A stretch of DNA of 20,000 bases from an uncultured virus (IMG/VR IMGVR_UViG_3300008262_000044) (taxonomy: Duplodnaviria; Heunggongvirae; Uroviricota; Caudoviricetes), in IMG/VR virus record IMGVR_UViG_3300008262_000044. One strand, 5' to 3'. Positions 1 through 8,100 of the stretch are shown piece by piece. The position numbers and the translations under genes were made by a program. Position 1 is the stretch's first letter, and each line of letters opens with the position of its first letter. The notes beneath the pieces were generated by a model that made no database searches, had not been told where the DNA came from, and saw nothing but the letters and a program-made list of their open reading frames with translations.

Positions 1-1
1 C

Positions 2-3000
2 TCTTACTCTAAATACTCGTTCGTCAAGGATTTCAACAACCTCGTAGTCACCGTTATATCCAACAGTTATGGCACCACTAATTCTTACATCGGATTTAAT
101 TTGTAATCCGTGATCGTTATCATCGATGGTGATTGTTATTAAACTGTTTACGGCAGTTCCGTCTGCAACAATTCCTCTAATATCGTAGCTAGGTGCAAAA
201 AGAGCACCTGTAGTATACATTGCACCTTTACCAGACTGGTAACGAATATATTTTTTACTCATACGTACTGCTTGAGCACCATGACTTGGGGTGCCTGTGC
301 TTAATAACACACCTCCATCGAATGGTCTATGTAGGAAGAATGCATCAGTTCTTGGATAGATCAATCCAGTTATACCCGGCGATGTACCAATAAGTCCTGC
401 AGATCTTACGGTATATCTTAAAGTATTTTTAGTCGGAACATCTTCAACAAAGAAAGGTCCCGAAGCCAGTGCATGATTAGAACCGCCGGAACCAATAGCT
501 ACCGATATTGATGATCCGGGAGTTAATCCATGCCCGCTTGGAAATGTTACCAATATTTTTGCAATAGCACTATATGTTGTTGTAGTTCCATTTAATAATG
601 GACCGGATAGCCCGTCACTTATATCAATACTAGACAAGAATTGAACAGGGTCGCCAGTTGATCTTGCAGTTCCAGAGATAGTCGAAACTGATATAATACC
701 GCCACCTGCAGCAATTTGAGTCACTGATAAGATTAAATTTCTACTTTGGTTTCCTTCCCCGTCTAACAAATTCTCCGGAATTCTTATTAAATTTCCTACC
801 AAATATCCTGTCCCAGATTGGCTAAGTGTTATTCCTGTGTATGAACCAGAAACTCTATTCACGTTAAATGAAGCACCATTACCTATAGGCGTTTGTACAA
901 CTGCCGTTCCTCTAGCAATAAATCCTGTCGAGAACGATTGTCCAGCCGGTAGTGTACCGGTAATATTACTGGCACTTAAAATTCCGCCACCAGATGTAAT
1001 TGTAGCTACTCTAAATGTTATATCATTAGCAGGAGTAGCTCCTACAGCATCTGCTGGAAACGGATTCGACGTCGGAGTAAATGGGTCAGAATAAGTTGAC
1101 ACATTTCTTAATCTAGTTTCGTCAAAAAATGCATTAATTCCGCTAGTGCTACTAATATCAAATGTACCACCTAATGTCAATTGAGTATTTCCTTGATAGT
1201 TTGTAGTATCATTTGCTGTAGGACCTTCTTGTACCCCATTAAGCCATAGTTTTATTTCGTCACTTAATCTATTAACTGCAATGTGGATCCATTGGTTTAA
1301 TAACGTTCTTACATCGGTTGTGCCTGTTATTGTAATACTGTTAAGACTATTGCCAAAAACTAAATTGCCAGTGGTGCCATCAACATAGATCCACCAAGTA
1401 TTGTCAGTAGAAGTGTTTCTACGATCAACAATATAATTTGCGCCTGAGCCGCTAATAGTTTGGATATAAATGAATGTTTCAAAACTAAAATTCCCAAACG
1501 TATTATAATCATTACTGGCAGCGTATTGTATCATACCGCCAACAATCCTTGCTGTTTGAGCTGATGTTCTACCAAATTTTTTCTGACTGTAAGATAGGCC
1601 TACACCACTTGTAGATGGAGTAGTTCCATTATATAAGTTTTCAAAATCTATAGAATCTTGAGCTGTCCTACCTTCTGGAATATTAAATCTAGACAAAAAT
1701 CTTGTGCTAGCGTAAACTTCTAGGGTATCTCCACTAATTTTGCACAAATCATTTTGTACATAATTTTCGCCTTCGTAAATGGCTGTTGCAAATTCGTATT
1801 GATTTTGTGCATTAACTGTAAATCTTGAAATTGCGCCGGCGCCATCGCTGGCTATAGAAGTTCCTGCTAAATTCGTATAACTTGCATCAGATCCAACTAA
1901 TCTTGTAGTTCTTCCTGAAAGAAAACTTACAGTGTTCCCGCCCACTGAGCTAACTTCCATCGCTCTATTTGAACCATTATTGATAAGATGTCCTGGCAAA
2001 ACTCCATTAGCATCTAATAATGTAAAAGAGGTAGCTCCAACTTCAACGTTTTGTGTAGCAAACGCAGTCACAACTACTCCGCCAGATCCTCTTATCGCAG
2101 ATACCTGCGTACCTACATTATAAGCAGATGCGTTAACTAGGGTACTTATAACAAGGCTTGTGGATACACTGGTAGTATAAGCGCCAATACCGCCTGGGGT
2201 ATAAAATGACACTGTTGTATTGATATTACCTGTTAACGCTTTACTAAGAGTAATTGTTGTGCCAGCAATATTGTTTACAAAAGTACCTGGTTGAAGTCCA
2301 GCAATAGTTGTATTGTTGCCAGATATTAATTGTCCTATAACAATTTGAGCAGCAGAGTTAACTACAATTGTGCTCTGGCCACTGGTACCGGTTGCAGTTC
2401 TTTGAACTACAAAATCATTATTTCCGCCATACTGTTGTTCAGTAATTCTAGTTCCAACAGGCAATGAACCGCCAGTTAATCTTTGTCCAACTGCTATTCT
2501 TCCACTTACTAGAGAAGACGCAAATATTGTTGTTGCGCTTGATGTTGCTTGAAATTGAGCTGAGTTGCTAGTTAACGGATCACCGACTTGTGGGGCTGTC
2601 CCAGTGAAGGCAAGAGTATTTTCTCCTGCAACATAATCTAAATTTGTAATAAAACTACCGCTATTACCTTGAGAAGCTACAGAGAATGTCGGGCCACCAA
2701 TATTTGCTCCAGTATAAAATCCAGAAACACGCAACTGTGTATAGGATGTAGATAATACTTCTCCAGAGATTGAGCCAACTCTTGATTTACTAAAATAGGT
2801 AAAGGATGTTGCTGTTGGAGTAGTATTAACTAAAAAGGTTCCTTCAGCACGACTAAATCCAGTTACCGAGCTAGCTAACGCTTTAATACTAATTGGTGTT
2901 CCTGCTGTTAAAAAATGAGGACTAACACAATTTACTGTAATTATACTAGGGCCAATACTATTTGTAGTAGATGATGCATCAGTTGTTACTGAAACAACTA

Positions 3001-3970
3001 GAATATCACTACCCGGAATTTCGTATGTCGATGGATATCCTCTAGTTGTCGAAATGGCTTGCCATTTAGTAGGCTGCAATCCGTATTCAAAGTCAGCATC
3101 AAGCATGGCCTGCGGAGCAGCCATTCTTTGTCGCTCCATTGCATCAGTACCAAATTGATACGGTCTAGTTCTTAATTCGTTTTCATCAACAAAAATTTGA
3201 ATAGAATCTGTAGATGCATGTGTACTGGTATTGTAATATAAAGTTAATTGTGTATAACCCTGTGCCCATTCTAACAATCTCGGAAATATGTCAGTTTCGT
3301 CTCGAATAAATTCTCTTACAGCACCTGCAGTAGGGTCACTAAAATCATATATAATTTCGTTTTTAGTTGTATTGGTAATTAAAAGAATTTGATTTTGTTC
3401 ATATTTTTTAGGAAATTTAAGTCTACCAACTCCGGTAACTTCTGTTGGCAAGGCACCTAATCCATTTTCAATTACATTGGTTAAAATTCCAACAAGCTCG
3501 GTTACTCTCGCGGTAGTTCCATTCTCAGTTATTTTTCCGGGAATAATAGCCTGCGATACCACTGCCTGATACGATGGTGCTGCGGTATTAGTAAGAATAT
3601 ATGTGTTAATTATACCTCTTAAAAATATATGTGTTTGAATTTCTACCTGTCTATCGCCGTCAATTTGCGGAACATCATTTACCCAATATTTAGAAGATAC
3701 ACGACGAGTTTCTTCATTTCCGCCATATCTTAAATCAAACAAATATGCATCGATGATATATCCTACATCCCTTTCACATTTTTCAGAATTAAAAACATAC
3801 CCAACAAATGGAGCAATGTTTGCAGTAACCTGTGCATTGATGTATGCCGTTGCTTCCTTTTTTAAATAAGTTTTATTTGCAAGAAGCAAATCATATGCAT
3901 TTGGTCTTGCATTACTAAGATACGAAAGACCTGGTTTAAAACTGTATTCTCTAAGTTGAATTTTTGCCAT
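2..3970 (-). CDS. Large mosaic virion structural / receptor-binding protein (>1323 aa, 3' end beyond window); paralog of the 2471-aa protein; contains a LamG/ConA-like domain
   Basis: Not in the ORF track because its stop lies outside the window. Hand translation from ATG at 3970 (11 nt after the upstream TAA) gives MAKIQLREYSFKPG... open to position 2 (...ILDERVFRVR). Shares LLITNxTKNxIxxxFxD, DxDFEYGLQxTKW, AEGTFxV, HRPFDGGV and KYxRYQSGKG with the 2471-aa protein. Confidence 0.9.
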   Translation of the reverse strand, partial: MAKIQLREYSFKPGLSYLSNARPNAYDLLLANKTYLKKEATAYINAQVTANIAPFVGYVFNSEKCERDVGYIIDAYLFDLRYGGNEETRRVSSKYWVNDVPQIDGDRQVEIQTHIFLRGIINTYILTNTAAPSYQAVVSQAIIPGKITENGTTARVTELVGILTNVIENGLGALPTEVTGVGRLKFPKKYEQNQILLITNTTKNEIIYDFSDPTAGAVREFIRDETDIFPRLLEWAQGYTQLTLYYNTSTHASTDSIQIFVDENELRTRPYQFGTDAMERQRMAAPQAMLDADFEYGLQPTKWQAISTTRGYPSTYEIPGSDILVVSVTTDASSTTNSIGPSIITVNCVSPHFLTAGTPISIKALASSVTGFSRAEGTFLVNTTPTATSFTYFSKSRVGSISGEVLSTSYTQLRVSGFYTGANIGGPTFSVASQGNSGSFITNLDYVAGENTLAFTGTAPQVGDPLTSNSAQFQATSSATTIFASSLVSGRIAVGQRLTGGSLPVGTRITEQQYGGNNDFVVQRTATGTSGQSTIVVNSAAQIVIGQLISGNNTTIAGLQPGTFVNNIAGTTITLSKALTGNINTTVSFYTPGGIGAYTTSVSTSLVISTLVNASAYNVGTQVSAIRGSGGVVVTAFATQNVEVGATSFTLLDANGVLPGHLINNGSNRAMEVSSVGGNTVSFLSGRTTRLVGSDASYTNLAGTSIASDGAGAISRFTVNAQNQYEFATAIYEGENYVQNDLCKISGDTLEVYASTRFLSRFNIPEGRTAQDSIDFENLYNGTTPSTSGVGLSYSQKKFGRTSAQTARIVGGMIQYAASNDYNTFGNFSFETFIYIQTISGSGANYIVDRRNTSTDNTWWIYVDGTTGNLVFGNSLNSITITGTTDVRTLLNQWIHIAVNRLSDEIKLWLNGVQEGPTANDTTNYQGNTQLTLGGTFDISSTSGINAFFDETRLRNVSTYSDPFTPTSNPFPADAVGATPANDITFRVATITSGGGILSASNITGTLPAGQSFSTGFIARGTAVVQTPIGNGASFNVNRVSGSYTGITLSQSGTGYLVGNLIRIPENLLDGEGNQSRNLILSVTQIAAGGGIISVSTISGTARSTGDPVQFLSSIDISDGLSGPLLNGTTTTYSAIAKILVTFPSGHGLTPGSSISVAIGSGGSNHALASGPFFVEDVPTKNTLRYTVRSAGLIGTSPGITGLIYPRTDAFFLHRPFDGGVLLSTGTPSHGAQAVRMSKKYIRYQSGKGAMYTTGALFAPSYDIRGIVADGTAVNSLITITIDDNDHGLQIKSDVRISGAITVGYNGDYEVVEILDERVFRVR
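1058..1585 (-). other. LamG / concanavalin A-like lectin domain within the left giant protein
   Basis: Translation KKFGRTSA...GNFSFETFIYIQT...NQWIHIAVNRLSDEIKLWLNGVQ...FFDETRLRNVSTYSDPFTP matches the Laminin_G_3-type pattern (FTxExW, WxHxAxxR, LYxNG, IDExRI, YxxxFTP). Boundaries approximate. Confidence 0.75.
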
Positions 3971-3981
3971 ATTTTTTCTCT

Positions 3982-5049
3982 TTAACCACCTAATGCAATT
4001 GCTAATGCAGTTGCTTTTCTATTTGCATAAACTTTTGTTGCCACTAGCGTATTAGTTTCTGGTGCAGTTGTTTGTGTTGTACCATCATTAAATACAATTT
4101 CTGATACATAACCAGCCTTAAATCTATAACTTGGATTACCTAACGCATATTGATTATTTACTGCCGGTACTAACACATATCTTCTATCATTATCTAATAC
4201 ATTTGTGGTTGTTAAAACTAATTGACCTGCTCCTTTAGCAAATGCATCAGTTGAAATGACTAAAGAAGTTTGTCCAGTTACTGAGGTTCCATTATAACCA
4301 GATTGTCTCATGTTAATTCCGCCGCTGGCATCAAATGCAACATCAGTTTCAAAACCAGCAGATGGTTTAATTTTTCCACTAGATGTCTTTGTTAAAATAT
4401 TAGTTTCAATGTCAACACCGCCACTACCTATCCATATTTTATTAAATCTGTTAGTATTAGAACCAATTTGTAGTGTGTTGTTTGTAAAAGATAAAATATT
4501 ACCTTTATTTGTTTGATCGTAATTTAATCTAATAGGACTGTTTATTTCTAATGTTGTAGAATCTGATGCGCCAATTTGATTATTTTGAAAATAAAATCCT
4601 TCAATGCTAACTCGTTGATCGGCGTTAATAACAATCGATCCAGATTCTGTTATTTGTACAAGTCCACTACCTGATGAATTTTGAAGTTTAATTGATGTAG
4701 CATTAACTGTACTATGTAATAAAAAGTCGGTGCCGTCAAAACTTAAACTACCTGCATTTTGACTACTTGAATTTTTAAATTCAATTTTTTCGTTGCTTCT
4801 TACATCTAAATTTCCAACCAACGACGTAACTGCCGTAATTGTACCCAAGGTTACATTAGTTGTTGCACCACCAAGATTTGAAAGATCTGACCGTAATAAC
4901 TCAAAACCTCCACGAGTTTCGCCGTCGTATAATCTTAAAGTTTTTGAATCATAGTCATAGGTAATTTCGCCGCGAAATCCTTCCCTAAAAGTTTTTAAAC
5001 TAACAGGAAGTAATCTTAATCGAGCAGCAAGTATCTCACGTGTTGGCAT
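3982..5049 (-). CDS. Tail-fibre-like protein, 355 aa, with Mtd_N-like N-terminal motif and -ALAIALGG C-terminus
   Basis: ORF track. SD-like AAGGTGG upstream of ATG. N-terminal GFRGEITYDYDSKTLRLYDGETRGGFELLRSDLSN resembles the major-tropism-determinant N-terminal motif. Fibre motifs YALGNPSYRF and IVFNDGTTQTTA. Confidence 0.8.
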   Translation of the reverse strand: MPTREILAARLRLLPVSLKTFREGFRGEITYDYDSKTLRLYDGETRGGFELLRSDLSNLGGATTNVTLGTITAVTSLVGNLDVRSNEKIEFKNSSSQNAGSLSFDGTDFLLHSTVNATSIKLQNSSGSGLVQITESGSIVINADQRVSIEGFYFQNNQIGASDSTTLEINSPIRLNYDQTNKGNILSFTNNTLQIGSNTNRFNKIWIGSGGVDIETNILTKTSSGKIKPSAGFETDVAFDASGGINMRQSGYNGTSVTGQTSLVISTDAFAKGAGQLVLTTTNVLDNDRRYVLVPAVNNQYALGNPSYRFKAGYVSEIVFNDGTTQTTAPETNTLVATKVYANRKATALAIALGG

Positions 5050-5067
5050 GTTATCCCACCTTTTTAT

Positions 5068-5074
5068 TATTTAT
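5068..5074 (-). promoter_or_regulatory. Putative late promoter ATAAATA (T4 late-like)
   Basis: GATAAATA on the minus strand, 18 nt before ATG at 5049 and just downstream of the terminator. T4 late consensus is TATAAATA. Confidence 0.65.
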
Positions 5075-5088
5075 CATAATCAAAAGGT

Positions 5089-5121
5089 AACAAAAAACCC
5101 CACCTAAGTGGGGTTTTTGTT
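5089..5121 (-). terminator. Rho-independent terminator after the 2471-aa gene (potentially bidirectional)
   Basis: Minus strand reads AACAAAAACCCCAC-TTAG-GTGGGG-TTTTTT: GC-rich stem, 4-nt loop, U-tract, starting 2 nt after the TAA at 5124. A T-tract is also present on the plus strand. Confidence 0.9.
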
Positions 5122-5123
5122 GA

Positions 5124-8100
5124 TTAGGCCTGTGATTCTTTCCAAGTAATTCGCGCAGTAACTGATGTAACTGCCGAAGTATCTGTTGGAACCATACAAA
5201 CACTTAACACATCAGGACCGTTCGGGAATACATAGTCACCACCAAGTACAGAATTTCCTAGATCAACTAGTTCATTCAAATCTTGAACTGTGACGTTTCC
5301 AGCAGTTGATGCAGTTGCACGGAATTCATAAATTGTAACTCCGCCCACAATACTATCAGTTGCTTGTCCAGTATGTTTAATCACTTGAGTTAATGACGGT
5401 GTACCAAAGTTAGCAAAATATGCCTGTTGTGATAATGCACCGTTTAGAATCAATCTTACTGAAGCAGGTCTACTATTGGTATTTTGTACAACAATACCTA
5501 CCTGTTGTAATGTAATACTCATACGGTTGATAATATCTCGATCACCCAATGCGCCTACAATACTGCTGTCAACACTTGGTGCTAGACGTAGACTTAAAAT
5601 TGGAGTAATAGTTGTACCACTAGTGTTTGCAGGAATGCTAATAGTATCGCTACCACCAGAACCTGTTGCAAGAGTAAACAAGTATGCCTTATCATCTTCA
5701 AATGTTCCATCCATAATTACCGAAGCACCCCAGTGATATAAGCTTGGTGCGTAAGTTGGTGCAGCACCATTCTTAATCTCGTAACGAGCAGGTAAATTAC
5801 CAGATCTCATATATGCTTCTACTTCTCTATTATTATGAATAAACTCATGAACATAAATTACTTTTCCGTCCGGACCTTTAAATCCAAAACGTACTTTACC
5901 TGCACCGTACCATGAATAATCAATGTAGGCCATTTGCATACGATTAACGTCAAGTACAAAACCGCTAGGTCCAGTACCATCGCATTTATCAAGACTCCAA
6001 CTACTTTGATTAACCTTGGTATCAACAACTTTGGTAATAACTGCTCCAGATACTGTCACTCCTCTGTATCTTGGTGTAACATGTAATTCAGTGTTACTGA
6101 CTACAACTACTACTTTCATAGTCTGTCCTCTAATTACAATAACATCACCGGCTGCTAACTGCTTAGTGAAATTAGTATCGGAACCTGTGACTAATCTACC
6201 TCTATTATTAATTGCAGCAGTTCCTCCAAGTTGTCCAGTTGCACTTCTACGTACACAACCTAACGCTTGTCCGTTATATTCGTAGAATAGACCGTTCTGA
6301 TCATCAAACATACCAGCACGAACTAGAGCATCCGACCATTCAGTTACAAACAGATTTGGAAATCCGCCCGGTGTAAGATCACCAGGAACACCGTTTGTAG
6401 CATAACGGAAAGTGAAATCATCAACTACATCAAATACTGTAAAATATCCAAGTCCGCCTGCTGGAGTTGTATACGGAGTTGCTGATCCAGAACCAACAAC
6501 AACCTGTTCAATTTTGATTCTATTAGTTGCAACTAATTTATGCGGTCTACGTGTTTTAACTGTTGCATAAGTTGTACCGTCGTGTGTGATACGATTTACG
6601 TCAATACTTGGACTAAAGTTAACACCTGTAGAATATTGTAGCCCTTTACCAGATTGATAGCGGAAATACTTGCGTGTCTGACGTACAATACTTACGTTTG
6701 GACTAGTTGATGCATTAATCTCAACACCGCCATCAAATGGTCTATGTACATTAGTACAATCTGGACGTACATATAATTCAGTTTCCTGAATAATTGGTAA
6801 TGCTAATAACACACCGTTTCTAACGTTACTTCCCTGTTGACCAGTAAAGAATATCGTACCTGTTGGTGCATTAGTTGTCAGTGCACCAGTATTGTCATAT
6901 CTAATATAGCTAGAACCTAGTACTGTTGATGCAATCAAGTAATGTTGGAAACCAGTACCACGAGTTGTAATATCAACTGGTATCATTCTCAATGCATTAT
7001 CTTCGTTGGTTGCTAATTGAATGATATCCTTGGTTTTTCTAATTACATAATAGGAAGTACCATCAGTTAATCCAGCCATTACAGTACCACTGTTAGGTAA
7101 ACCAAAGGTATAAACCACTTTTGTACCAGTATATAAATTATGGTCTGGTAGATAAATTTCATCAGTGTCAAGATTAACAACATCAATTTGCAAGCTAGCC
7201 ACACCAACAAAACTGCCCTGTGGATTAAATTGAATTTGTCTAGCAGTAAACGGATCAGTTACAATCATTTCTTGATCGTTTACTACAGACAATACATTCA
7301 TTTCATAGGTTACGTTTTCAATAACTGCAAATCTATGAGCAGCGTTACCTGTTGGAGCTACTGCTGTAATATTTACTGCTGTTTGTGTAGCAACTGCGCC
7401 ACCACCACTACCGCCTTCGATAGCTTCAGCGTAGGTGTTGTGCAGAGTAATATTATTAGCGTCTTGTCTGTTAACATAGTAAATTCTATTAGCTACTAAT
7501 CCGCCAATTGGTGTTTGATACGAAGTAGCGCCAGCAGTGTTAATTACTTGACTTTGAGTACCAACAGCTGGAGTTGTTCCTGCATGATTTCCGCCAATTG
7601 CATCAATTTCATAACGCACTGCGTCACCTGTTAATAATCTGTGAGCGGTGATTGTAATTGTATCATTGGCAACACTTGGTGCAGTGTTTGCGTTAAAATA
7701 AATTGTACGTTTTGGAATTTGATTACTTACCTTAACAGTATTGCCGCCTCTATAACTTACTAGGAATCTAGTACTGTATGATGGTAATGTAGGCACTCTT
7801 AACCAACTTAAATTATCCAAGTTAGTGGTTAGTGATACAGGAACTTGGCTGGCGCCAGTGTTGGCACTAGTCAAACTCATAAAGTATGTGTTGTTATATA
7901 AAACAACGTCACCGTATACATAAGTATCACTGGCGTTCCACTCGCCTCTATAAATTGTTCCTCTTAGAGTCGGATTCGATACTTTAAACTGGTGAACAGT
8001 TCCCAATCCTACACCAACAAGATCAACTAAGTCTGTATTGGTATACGCACCAACCCAAGTGTTGTGTAGAGAGAAGTTGTTGGCCGCTGATGCGCCACCA

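Noticed and set aside
3982..5049. Diversity-generating retroelement suggested by the Mtd_N-like motif
   Set aside because: No reverse transcriptase, no C-type-lectin variable region and no TR/VR-like near-identical repeat pair seen in the window. Mtd_N occurs widely without DGRs.
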